Shown: positions 1 through 8,347, numbered from the stretch's first letter. The stretch is DNA of 44,717 nucleotides from Candidatus Binatia bacterium (GCA_050735075.1 JBOHVJ010000165.1:1-44717), one strand, 5' to 3'. A program made the numbers and translations. Notes: generated from the letters alone by a model not told the origin.

Positions 1-1427
1 CATCAAGGCAGCTTTCTTTTACAATGGACCATCTAGTTCCTATTTTGGGCCCTTTTTTCCAGGCGAGAGTTCTAATCAGGGAAGGTCCAGAAAGAAGTAG
101 AGACGAAAGGGTTTGGTTAGGTAAAGCAAGTGGCATTCGAATCTACGTGGAGGGATTCCGAGTTCTACCTTATGGAGAGCCGAAGGATGACTGGCTCTCC
201 ATTGATGCAGATTATGTAAAGCGCTCCAAAACCTTGCCGTTGCTATCAGACCTAGGTTTTGCCGGAAATCCAGCAGACGAAGAAGAGGGCCTTCAGTTCC
301 TAAGAAAAAATGCTTATTTTGGGGCAGTTTTTCTAACTCTCGCAGGTGCTCCAAAACTCCGCATGATTGTCAATAGAGAAGGGTTCATCCCAGACCAGTC
401 CTATGAGAATCTAGCCCAAGTGGTGAGGACTGCCATCTATCTTTCTGTACGAGTTCGAGCAGCAGCCAAACGAGACCTAAGAGATAAACGGAGCGAAGCT
501 CGGAGAGCTAAGTCTACCAGTAAAGATGATATTCCACGTGTCGAGCTTCGAAAGGCTCTTTCCGACTCGATTAAGATCGCTACTGCACACGCCGACGAGG
601 CGAAAAAGCTCGCTGCTAAGGGTGATTTCGAAGCGGCAAGGAACCGAATCGCTAAGGCAGCCGAGGAATTCTCCGAGACTGCTAGCCTATCTGATCAGCT
701 CCTCAGCGAAGGAGGAATATTACGGGTCCTCGCGTCTGTCGGGATGCAGATGACAGCGTTTGTCCATGAGATAAATAGTCTGCTCGGAGGGACTGCCGAA
801 GTAGAAAGCCACATTGCGGAGATAAGGAAAGACCCGCGCCTGCCCACATCGCTTCGTAGCGAAATGGCCAAACTGCAAGCAGCTATGGGTGACCTGAGGC
901 GCAGTGTGGAGCGACAAGCGTCATACTTGACAGATGTGGTTTCTCCCGATGCAAGGCGGAGACGATCCCGCCAAAGTCTGCACAAACGTTTCGAGTCAGG
1001 AAGAAATCTCGTCGATCACTTAGCACAACGCAGGGGCATCTCTATCTCGAACAAGATTCCAGAGGAGCTTAAATCTCCGCCCATGTTTCCCGCCGAATTG
1101 ACCGTTATCTTCTCAAATTTGTTGACGAATGCAGTTAAGGCTGCCGGTGAAAAAGGTCGCATATTGGCTCATGGTAACCGAGAGGATGATGGAGCAGTTG
1201 TATTACTAGTCGAAAATACAGGCGTTGCCGTAGAACCAGAAGAAGGAGAACATTGGTTCAAGCCCTTTGAGTCAACAACGGTAGAAGCCGATCCGGTTCT
1301 TGGACAGGGCATGGGTATGGGACTACCGATAACCCGCAATATGTTAGAAGAGTACGGAGCGACCATTCGGTTTGCCCGTCCTAGCACCGGTTTTAGTACC
1401 GCTTTGGAGATCAGGTTCGAAGATTGA
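1..1427 (+). CDS. Histidine-kinase-like GHKL ATPase, 5'-partial (reading frame open to the window edge)
   Basis: The frame of the 24..1427 ORF has no stop codon back to nt 3, so the N-terminus is probably outside the window. The C-terminal half carries HK motifs: H-box-like MTAFVHEINSLLGG, N-box IFSNLLTNAVKAAG, G1-like LVENTGVAV and G2 GQGMGMGLPITRNM. No TM segment is visible. The visible N-terminal part (GIRIYVEGFRVLPYGEPKDDWLSIDADY) recalls the middle domain of MORC/HSP90-type GHKL proteins; this is from memory and unverified. Confidence 0.7.
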   Translation, partial: SRQLSFTMDHLVPILGPFFQARVLIREGPERSRDERVWLGKASGIRIYVEGFRVLPYGEPKDDWLSIDADYVKRSKTLPLLSDLGFAGNPADEEEGLQFLRKNAYFGAVFLTLAGAPKLRMIVNREGFIPDQSYENLAQVVRTAIYLSVRVRAAAKRDLRDKRSEARRAKSTSKDDIPRVELRKALSDSIKIATAHADEAKKLAAKGDFEAARNRIAKAAEEFSETASLSDQLLSEGGILRVLASVGMQMTAFVHEINSLLGGTAEVESHIAEIRKDPRLPTSLRSEMAKLQAAMGDLRRSVERQASYLTDVVSPDARRRRSRQSLHKRFESGRNLVDHLAQRRGISISNKIPEELKSPPMFPAELTVIFSNLLTNAVKAAGEKGRILAHGNREDDGAVVLLVENTGVAVEPEEGEHWFKPFESTTVEADPVLGQGMGMGLPITRNMLEEYGATIRFARPSTGFSTALEIRFED

Positions 1428-1433
1428 ATTTAT

Positions 1434-2564
1434 ATGCCAGCAGAGAAGAAGCCTAGGATACTGATCCTTGATGATCACGAGGATGAGATTGTTCTTAAAA
1501 GGCTCAAACGTACTCATGGTCGCGCCAAAGTAAGCGTACTTCATCCTCAAGAGGTCGAGCTTCAAGATTTGCTTGAGGTGAGCCTTGTGTTGGTTGACTA
1601 CCAACTAGACAATTGGTTAGAGCGAGACGAAGCGTCTTCCGTTGCATTGCAGCCACGTGATGGGTTAGCGTTGGTGAGTGTCTTGCGCCGCCAAATCCAC
1701 AGTCAAAGTGATACTCCAGTTGCTTTTGCTATTTTTACGGGTCATATCCAGAAACTTGCAGGACCTCTACCCGATGAGTATAGGCAACATGCTCTCGCAA
1801 GACTGAACAATTTGGAATGGGTTTTTCGAAAAGAAAGAGTTAATGTTACCCAAATTGTTGACCTGGCGGCTGCCGTCATGAAATTGCCGGCCCGGTGGCC
1901 GACGCAACCAGGCAAGCCAATCCGGCAACTCGCAAACCTGCTTGGTATTCAACAAAACGATGACGATGCCGATCTGATATTGCAAGATGTCGAAGCGTGT
2001 CAACCTCCAGTTCACGAACTTTCCGAGTGGTCACACGGTCTAGTTATCTTACGATGGCTGCTTCATAGGATTCTTCCCTATCCGTGTTTTCTTTGGACTA
2101 CCCGGCAGTTAGCTGCCCGGCTGCGAATCGACTACGATGCGCTGCGTGGGCAACTCAACAATAGTAGCCCGCTTTCCGTAAAACTGAACAGTTGCAAGTA
2201 CAATGGAATTCTTTCAGATTTTCTTGGTGCACGTTGGTGGCGTGTAAAAATTGAACGTTTACTATGGCACATTACGAAAGGTAACTCGTCAGATATTGAC
2301 GCGGTACGACATTCAATCAAGAAGATCGCTCGCACCTCTTTGCCTGCAAGTTCCCCCTCAGATCACCCGATAGTGTGCCTCGGTAGTAAGTTTAGGCCTC
2401 TAAGACAATTTTTTTCCATGGATGATGCTGTCCGGATACGCCTAGATGACTGGCCTCCTTATGCGGACCAAGCCTGGACAACCATTGAGTTGGCAAGGGA
2501 ACATCCCCGCCTCCGGGCTCTGGTCGTTGGAGAAGATAGACATAAGCTTGAGACGGCTGACTGA
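1434..2564 (+). CDS. Receiver (REC)-like domain protein with an uncharacterised ~240-aa C-terminal domain
   Basis: The start lies 6 nt after the kinase stop. The N-terminus follows the CheY-fold pattern: RILILDD (beta1 acidic pair), LVLVDYQLD (phospho-acceptor Asp position), DGLALVSVLRR, FAIFTGH (beta4 Thr) and LEWVFRKE (beta5 Lys). I recognise no family in the C-terminal part. Confidence 0.55.
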   Translation: MPAEKKPRILILDDHEDEIVLKRLKRTHGRAKVSVLHPQEVELQDLLEVSLVLVDYQLDNWLERDEASSVALQPRDGLALVSVLRRQIHSQSDTPVAFAIFTGHIQKLAGPLPDEYRQHALARLNNLEWVFRKERVNVTQIVDLAAAVMKLPARWPTQPGKPIRQLANLLGIQQNDDDADLILQDVEACQPPVHELSEWSHGLVILRWLLHRILPYPCFLWTTRQLAARLRIDYDALRGQLNNSSPLSVKLNSCKYNGILSDFLGARWWRVKIERLLWHITKGNSSDIDAVRHSIKKIARTSLPASSPSDHPIVCLGSKFRPLRQFFSMDDAVRIRLDDWPPYADQAWTTIELAREHPRLRALVVGEDRHKLETAD

Positions 2565-2580
2565 TATTCGAGCGAAATAA

Positions 2581-3357
2581 ATGGCATATCAAGGCCTTCA
2601 ATTTTCGTTTGCAGAAATGCATAAGGAAATAGTGAACATGAAAAGGCTCGCTCAGCCATTCCTAGATTCTCGCTCGTTCTACAACGTGATCCCAGAATGG
2701 CAGAGACAGCTGGAGTATTTTGAGCGCGAGCGGCATCCGAGTGGTGCTCAACTTTCGTGGTCGATTTCGGAGAATGATCCTGTCAAAACCGAGTTCAGCG
2801 AGGGCGAATATGAAGCCAAACCCCGAAAAGGCAACTATAAGCTGTACGGGTGTATAAGTGGTGTATGGCAGATCAGTAAGCCTCCTTCGAAGGGCAAAAA
2901 GAAAGCATTCCGAAGTCCATATTTCACACTGCAGGGGCTTGCCTCTACAAAGATAGTGATCTGGACTCCCGGCACTAATGGTGCCGATATAGAACTTGCA
3001 CGTTGGACTCTTGAGGTTGGGGGCGCAGATTCGCCGGGGTGCCATTTTCATACCCAGATCAACCTGGATCATGAAGACCACAAGTTTCCTTCTAATCTTC
3101 CTGTACCCCGCTTACCTGCGGTTTTGGTTACGCCAATGGATGCGCTGGATTTCTTGTTGGCCGAGCTTTTTCACGACACGTGGTATGAACACACTTCCCG
3201 AGAGACTGATCCTGTCAAGCAATGGAGAGTGTGTCAGGGATCTCGTTTGGGTAGCTTGCTTAATTGGCAAGGCCAAAAGATTCGTGAGGCAACCGGCTCG
3301 CCATGGACGACTTTTAAAAGACAAAAGCCATCAGCCAACATATTTTACTCGGGTTGA
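2581..3357 (+). CDS. Hypothetical protein with a His/Asp-rich cluster (SPGCHFHTQINLDHEDHKF)
   Basis: 258-aa ORF, co-directional, 16 nt after the previous stop and 13 nt before the methyltransferase start. No family recognised. The clustered H/D residues suggest a metal-binding site. Confidence 0.45.
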   Translation: MAYQGLQFSFAEMHKEIVNMKRLAQPFLDSRSFYNVIPEWQRQLEYFERERHPSGAQLSWSISENDPVKTEFSEGEYEAKPRKGNYKLYGCISGVWQISKPPSKGKKKAFRSPYFTLQGLASTKIVIWTPGTNGADIELARWTLEVGGADSPGCHFHTQINLDHEDHKFPSNLPVPRLPAVLVTPMDALDFLLAELFHDTWYEHTSRETDPVKQWRVCQGSRLGSLLNWQGQKIREATGSPWTTFKRQKPSANIFYSG

Positions 3358-3370
3358 TACAACCGAACCT

Positions 3371-4828
3371 ATGAAAGTTCCGGCATCGTGTAAGGTCTAC
3401 ACGCCCGCGGATCTGGCCGAGGCGATTGTGCGCGCCCTTGGCGACGAGCCGCAGGTATCGTGGCTCGAGCCGTCGCATGGCACGGGTGTATTTGTTGAGG
3501 CGATTTCACGCTTAGGAGTCCCAAAGGAGAGAGTCGTCGCCGTTGATCTCGACCCGGCAACTTCAGTGGCAGACAGTTTGGCGACGACATTTCGTGGCGT
3601 TGACTTCTTACGCTGGGCCAGCGAGACGGAACAGCGCTTTGATCGTATTGTTGGAAATCCTCCGTTCATTTCGATCAAGCGGTTACCGCCGAGTCTACAG
3701 AAATCGGCTGGTTCGGTCCCGGATATCAACGGTCGGCCCATCGGCCGAGGCTCAAATGTTTGGTACAGTTTCGTGCTCGCTTCCCTTCGTTTGCTGAAGC
3801 AAGGTGGCTGTCTTGCGTTTGTGTTACCTTCGGCTGCCGAATTCGCAAATTATTCAGTCGCTATACGGCGGGCGGTGCGGGAAACCTTTAGCAGCTTAGA
3901 ACTGTACCGCTGCGAGCGCCCCCTCTTTGAGAACGTTCAAGAAGGCACACTGGTTGCGGTTGCGCGTGGCTATAACGCTCCCCCATGCAAGGTGAGTCGA
4001 AAGCATTTTGAAACACGCGAAGGTCTAATACAGGGACTATCGCAGAGCGGTAGCCGCAACGGCCATAAATGTCCATCTGGCACTGTGCGATCTGCTATCT
4101 CGATGGTCACATTGGACGCAGTCGCCGAGGTTCGGCTTGGCGGCGTGACGGGCGACGTCTCCTACTTTCTTATGACGGAGGAGAGGCGAAAGGCTCTTGA
4201 GCTTCCCACGGCCGCGCTTACGCCGGTTGTCTCAAAGGCGAGACATCTTCAGTCTGCCTATCTGGACCGGAAGGACTGGAACAAGCTTAAGTCATCAGGC
4301 GAACGCATTTGGCTCTTTAGTCCTTCTATGCAAGTGGCGAAACGTCCGAAGGTGAGGGACTACTTAGACCTCGACGCCATCGAAGGCGGCTGCACTCGCG
4401 AAGCGTACAAGGTGTCGATTCGAGAGCCTTGGTATCGTACGCCAATGCCCAAAAACGCTGATGCCTTCTTGAGCGGAATGAGTCAACACGGACCATGGCT
4501 CTGCATCAACGAAATGCGGCGTTTGAACGCGACAAACACGCTTTACGTCGTGACTTTTCGGAATCGGAACCAAAAGATATGGTACATGTGGGCTCTGGCG
4601 TTACTTTCCTCAGTAGCTCAGCGACAAATTCGCCGCCTGGGTCGTCAGTATGCCGACGGTCTAATCAAGTATGAGCCGGGACCTCTTTCGAAAATCAAGC
4701 TGCCTGAACTTAAGCGAGACGTTGACTATAGGTCGCTCTACATACGAGCAGTGGATGCTCTTCTCGATGGAGATCGCGCGATGGCGAAGGATATCGCGGA
4801 CTCTGCTCTGTTGTCATCGTCAGCGTAA
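3371..4828 (+). CDS. N6-adenine DNA methyltransferase, gamma-class (TaqI/Eco57I-like motif order)
   Basis: Motif I is LEPSHGTGVFVEA, followed by the acidic VAVDLD and catalytic motif IV IVGNPPFIS (NPPF), then a long C-terminal target-recognition region. I chose the internal ATG at 3371 (MKVPASCKVYTPADLA...). The longer 2996 start overlaps the preceding ORF and adds non-homologous sequence. Confidence 0.8.
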   Translation: MKVPASCKVYTPADLAEAIVRALGDEPQVSWLEPSHGTGVFVEAISRLGVPKERVVAVDLDPATSVADSLATTFRGVDFLRWASETEQRFDRIVGNPPFISIKRLPPSLQKSAGSVPDINGRPIGRGSNVWYSFVLASLRLLKQGGCLAFVLPSAAEFANYSVAIRRAVRETFSSLELYRCERPLFENVQEGTLVAVARGYNAPPCKVSRKHFETREGLIQGLSQSGSRNGHKCPSGTVRSAISMVTLDAVAEVRLGGVTGDVSYFLMTEERRKALELPTAALTPVVSKARHLQSAYLDRKDWNKLKSSGERIWLFSPSMQVAKRPKVRDYLDLDAIEGGCTREAYKVSIREPWYRTPMPKNADAFLSGMSQHGPWLCINEMRRLNATNTLYVVTFRNRNQKIWYMWALALLSSVAQRQIRRLGRQYADGLIKYEPGPLSKIKLPELKRDVDYRSLYIRAVDALLDGDRAMAKDIADSALLSSSA

Positions 4829-4923
4829 GCTGATCGCTAACAACGAAGGCAAAGCGAGGAGCCGGCAACTGCAGGAGCATTGCGGTTGTGTCTAGGCCTC
4901 CGCCGAATTGAAAGCCTCGAACA

Positions 4924-5787
4924 ATGAGCAAACCATATCTTTTTCACCTCAAAACTGCCGCCGACCTCGAAACGACAAACGAAGCCGTCCGCGCCGGCTT
5001 TGTCGCATTAGCTCTGGAGAAGAACCGTCGCGCGACGCCTTACGTCGAGCAGGCGCGCGCACTGAAGCACGCTGCGTCACAGGCTAAACACCCCTTCGAC
5101 CTTCTGGAAATCCCTGGACTCCAATCGGCGCTTGTACCGGTGTCAGGTGTGAACTTCGTTGAAGAACTTGTATTCCGTTTCTTACTTACTCGCGGCGATA
5201 CTCTTGGTGGATCAATGCGGAATATTGGCGGCTTTATGGCGCAGAAAAAACTTACCCGCTCGATTATCGCCCACCTGAGGTTGGCCGGAAAAACAGGCAA
5301 ATGGCTCCATTCCGAAACCAACGTCTGGGCAGACTTGCCGGAAGATGACGCAGATATTGAGCTCCATCTACGCGGCCTTTGCTGGGAGTTACGGGGAAAA
5401 CCCCGGTCGCTTGTCTACAACCTCACCGTCCCTTTTTTCCGAAACAATGTTGATTTTTCCTTGTTCAACTGTAGCGCAGAAGATCTGGGCCGTGACACAT
5501 ACAAGAAACCTAGTTCATACATTGCTCTAGGAGAATTGAAAGGGGGGATTGATCCGGCTGGCGCGGACGAGCATTGGAAGACGGCCCGGACGGCACTGGA
5601 TCGAATTCATAAGGCCTTCGCCAAACACAAGGTCAAACCCCACACCTTTTTCATCGGCGCGGCAATTGAGGCGAAAATGGCCGCTGAAATCTGGAACTTG
5701 CTGAAGCAAGGGGTCTTGGAAAACGCTGCCAATTTGACTGATGAAGACCAGATTGCTTCTATAACACGCTGGCTTTGTGGCCTGTGA
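4924..5787 (+). CDS. Putative type II restriction endonuclease (PD-(D/E)XK-like), partner of the upstream methyltransferase
   Basis: 287-aa ORF, 95 nt downstream of the MTase on the same strand. It has a candidate PD-(D/E)XK arrangement: NNVDFSLF ... ALGELKGG (D ... E-x-K). The call rests mainly on context. A possible XamI/SalI-family relationship is only a vague recollection. Confidence 0.45.
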   Translation: MSKPYLFHLKTAADLETTNEAVRAGFVALALEKNRRATPYVEQARALKHAASQAKHPFDLLEIPGLQSALVPVSGVNFVEELVFRFLLTRGDTLGGSMRNIGGFMAQKKLTRSIIAHLRLAGKTGKWLHSETNVWADLPEDDADIELHLRGLCWELRGKPRSLVYNLTVPFFRNNVDFSLFNCSAEDLGRDTYKKPSSYIALGELKGGIDPAGADEHWKTARTALDRIHKAFAKHKVKPHTFFIGAAIEAKMAAEIWNLLKQGVLENAANLTDEDQIASITRWLCGL

Positions 5788-5872
5788 GCGAACCGCGGGG
5801 TTCTTTCACCAAAAACTCGAACAGTAACCTATGTTTTCTTAGTAGATGCCAGGCCACAACAATTACTTCTGA

Positions 5873-6421
5873 CTAGTCGCCTTTGATCTTATTGTTTTTG
5901 ACATAGTAATCAAAAAGCTCCTTCAGCTTAGTGTGTCTGTTCTCTATTTGGTACTTCTCCCCCGGAGCGTTACTCAAATAAGATTGAAAAACGTAGAGGT
6001 CCTCGTTCGATCGCTTGATGCCAGCTCTAGCTTCCTCCTTTAGCCGTTGCAGGAGCTTAGTAACAAAATCAACGAACTTCTTCATAGATTTGCCTCTCTC
6101 CTGCTTTGATCCCATGTCGTAGTTCTCATCAGCGAACAGGTCCCTGTAAGGAGGTCTCCGATGCCAGGCTTGCGTTGTTGGAAGGGACAAAAGGTACCGG
6201 GAGTCCTTTCTGTCTCCTTCTAGCGCGCACCAGGTTCGGTATACATCGTAGGTGGTGGACTCCTCAGTGCTTGTCGGCAATCGTACCTTTCCAACGTCAT
6301 TGACAAGTCCTTGAAAACCAAGGAGACTCTGCACATTCGCTGGAAGTTCGGCAACAGAAATATGCTGACCAGCTTTAGTCAATAGTTTGGCAGCGCATAC
6401 AGTATTTCCATTTGTCACCAT
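5873..6421 (-). CDS. Hypothetical protein (182 aa, K/E-rich C-terminus)
   Basis: Clean ORF convergent with the endonuclease gene. No recognisable motifs. Confidence 0.4.
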   Translation of the reverse strand: MVTNGNTVCAAKLLTKAGQHISVAELPANVQSLLGFQGLVNDVGKVRLPTSTEESTTYDVYRTWCALEGDRKDSRYLLSLPTTQAWHRRPPYRDLFADENYDMGSKQERGKSMKKFVDFVTKLLQRLKEEARAGIKRSNEDLYVFQSYLSNAPGEKYQIENRHTKLKELFDYYVKNNKIKGD

Positions 6422-6653
6422 GATTCAGGCGGGAGATTATGTGATATTTGAGACTTTGCCGCCGTGGGTGTCTGAACTTCCCGAGGAGAGTCAGCAAGTC
6501 TTTCGTTTCTGTCTTGGTCGCAGCTATCGTGTGGACGAGATTGACGAGCAGGGCTTGCTGGTATTGGATGTCAGCGCCGACATCGACCGAAGATTTGGTG
6601 GCTTCATGAACGATATCCGCTTGGAGCCCCAGTATGTGAGGAAGCCTGTGTGA
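6420..6653 (+). CDS. Small hypothetical protein (77 aa from MIQAGDYV...)
   Basis: The ORF runs 6387..6653. The first ATG is at 6420 and shares the tetranucleotide CATG (6419-6422) with the start codon of the divergent ORF 5873..6421. No family recognised. Confidence 0.3.
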   Translation: MIQAGDYVIFETLPPWVSELPEESQQVFRFCLGRSYRVDEIDEQGLLVLDVSADIDRRFGGFMNDIRLEPQYVRKPV

Positions 6654-6824
6654 AAGTTCGTATCCCTAAACTCGCGCTGCCTAACACGGGCTGCAGCCGA
6701 TCGGCGCTGGCGACGGCCGAGCAGTTCTTCCCTGAAGTTGCAAACCTAGATCGGTCGCAAGCTCAGGCGCGGGGCCAGGAAGCGAACAAGCAGGTGCGCA
6801 CAGTCGGAAAGTGAGGAAAGGACG

Positions 6825-7850
6825 ATGCTGTTTCCGACAACGCTGGTTGGCAGTTATCCGCAGCCCGAGTGGCTGATCGACCGCAAGAAGCTTGCCGGAC
6901 GCTTCCCGCCGCGCGTGCGCGCAAAGGAGCTCTGGCGCATCCCAGAGCCATACCTTGCGGAGGCGCAGGATGACGCCACCATCATGGCGATCAAGGCGCA
7001 GGAAGAGGCGGGCCTCGACATCATCACCGACGGGGAGATCCGCCGCGAAAGCTACTCGAACCGCTTCGCCACAGCGCTCGAGGGCGTGGACAGTGACAAC
7101 CCGGGCACGGCGCTCGACCGCTCGGGTCACCCCAACCCGGTGCCGCGCATCGTCGGCAAGATCCGCAGGAAGCACGCCGTCGAGGTCGACGACCTGAAAT
7201 TCCTCAAGCGTCATACCAACAGGATGGTGAAGATCACCGTGCCGGGTCCGTTCACCATGACTCAGCAGGTGCAGAACGACTACTACAATATGGAAGAAGA
7301 GGCGGCGATGGACTACGCCGCAGCGGTGAACGAGGAGATCCGCGACCTCTTCGTTGCCGGCGCTGACGTGGTGCAGATCGACGAGCCCTACATGCAGGCG
7401 CGGTCGGAGAAGGCACGCCAGTACGGTCTGAAGGCGCTCAACCGGGCGCTCGACGGCATCCGGGGCACAACCGCGGTGCACATCTGCTTCGGCTACGCTG
7501 CGATCATTCACGAGCGGCCTTCGGCTTATTCGTTCCTTCCGGAGCTCGCCAGCTGCGGCTGCGGGCAGGTCTCGATAGAGACCGCGCAGTCAAGGCTCGA
7601 CTGCGCGGTGCTCGCGAAGCTCGAGGGCAAGAAGATCATGGTGGGAGCAATCGACCTTTCCGACACGAGCGTCGAGACGCCTGAGACGGTGACGGCGCGC
7701 GTCAAGCGAGCGCTGCCCTACGTGAAGCCCGAGAACGTAATCATCGCGCCCGACTGCGGCATGAAGTACCTGCCGCGCGATGTCGCTTTCGGCAAGATGC
7801 GCGCGATGGTCGAAGCGGCGAAGATCCTGCGCAGGGAGTTCGGCGACTGA
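6825..7850 (+). CDS. Cobalamin-independent methionine synthase-like methyltransferase (MetE C-terminal domain only, Meth_synt_2 type)
   Basis: The N-terminus TTLVGSYPQPEWL and GLDIITDGEIRRESY match the family. Zn-ligand pattern: VHICFGY (His-x-Cys) and IAPDCGMKY (Cys). It is much more GC-rich than its flanks, and a long antisense shadow ORF is present. Confidence 0.8.
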   Translation: MLFPTTLVGSYPQPEWLIDRKKLAGRFPPRVRAKELWRIPEPYLAEAQDDATIMAIKAQEEAGLDIITDGEIRRESYSNRFATALEGVDSDNPGTALDRSGHPNPVPRIVGKIRRKHAVEVDDLKFLKRHTNRMVKITVPGPFTMTQQVQNDYYNMEEEAAMDYAAAVNEEIRDLFVAGADVVQIDEPYMQARSEKARQYGLKALNRALDGIRGTTAVHICFGYAAIIHERPSAYSFLPELASCGCGQVSIETAQSRLDCAVLAKLEGKKIMVGAIDLSDTSVETPETVTARVKRALPYVKPENVIIAPDCGMKYLPRDVAFGKMRAMVEAAKILRREFGD

Positions 7851-7901
7851 GATGATAACCATTGAGATTGCTAATCCACGAGAGCGAGGAGAAGAGCGGA
7901 A

Positions 7902-7940
7902 GGTTCATGCCTTAAAGCTCCTCAGCACCTCGTCGTAGAG
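7902..7940. repeat. Left copy of a perfect 39-bp direct repeat (duplicate of the larC 3' end including its stop codon)
   Basis: GGTTCATGCCTTAAAGCTCCTCAGCACCTCGTCGTAGAG is identical at 7902-7940 and 8794-8832. Confidence 0.95.
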
Positions 7941-7983
7941 AAGGAATGAAAGGAGACAGGCTTGGACAGGCTACTTTTTGATC

Positions 7984-8033
7984 CTGCGCTTCAGACAGAT
8001 CGATTGTCAGCGACGGCTGAGCTTAGATTAGGC
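7984..8033. repeat. Left copy of an imperfect ~50-bp direct repeat
   Basis: CTGCGCTTCAGACAGATCGATTGTCAGCGACGGCTGAGCTTAGATTAGGC aligns with 8742-8793 (CTGCGCTTAAGACCGGTCGCTTAGCACCGACAGCTGAGCTTGGGCATCAGGC). A hand alignment gives about 33 of the first 41 positions identical. Confidence 0.7.
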
Positions 8034-8336
8034 TGCTTTTCGTCCCTGCTTCGGAGACGCTAAAGAGACTTTGACCCGAACGCCTGCGCAAGCGAGCATG
8101 CTGACCAGGGTATCAATACTGAATATATCAATTTTACCTCTGACCAAGTCGCTGATCCGGGGCTGCGTTACCTTAAAAAGATCTGCGGCCTGAGCTTGCG
8201 TCAGACCTCGGGATTCAATTAGCTTACGAAGGTGAGCCATCAGATGGGAACGGATCTTGAGGTGCTCTGCCTCTTCGGCAGAGAAGCCCAGATCCTTGAA
8301 CACGTTCCCGCTTGAGCGGGTTACTTTAATGCGCAT
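8028..8336 (-). CDS. higA: XRE-family HTH antitoxin (HigA/Gp48-like)
   Basis: GNVFKDLGF...LTQAQAADLFKVTQPRISDLVRGKIDIFSIDTLVSML is the typical antitoxin partner of Gp49/HigB toxins. AAGGAG lies upstream of the ATG, inside the toxin's 3' end. Confidence 0.8.
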   Translation of the reverse strand: MRIKVTRSSGNVFKDLGFSAEEAEHLKIRSHLMAHLRKLIESRGLTQAQAADLFKVTQPRISDLVRGKIDIFSIDTLVSMLACAGVRVKVSLASPKQGRKAA

Positions 8337-8347
8337 GGGTTGTCTCC

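Noticed and set aside
2996-3370. A 125-codon N-terminal extension of the methyltransferase ORF (track ORF 2996..4828).
   Set aside because: It overlaps the 3' third of ORF 2581..3357 in another frame and has no methyltransferase-like sequence. A good internal ATG at 3371 sits 13 nt after the upstream stop, right where family similarity (YTPADLA...) begins.
6654-6824. A possible SAM or cobalamin riboswitch upstream of the MetE-like gene.
   Set aside because: I could not find a B12-box-like motif or a SAM-I/SAM-II core by eye. A covariance-model scan (Rfam/Infernal) would be needed, so I make no claim.
6681-7511. A 276-aa minus-strand ORF opposite the MetE-like gene.
   Set aside because: It is a typical antisense shadow ORF of GC-rich coding DNA. 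It is Arg/Ala/His-rich and low-complexity, with no motifs, while the plus-strand gene has clear family signatures. The same reasoning applies to 11628..12332 (-), 12348..12710 (-), 13123..13743 (+), 14123..14608 (-) and 15203..15979 (+).
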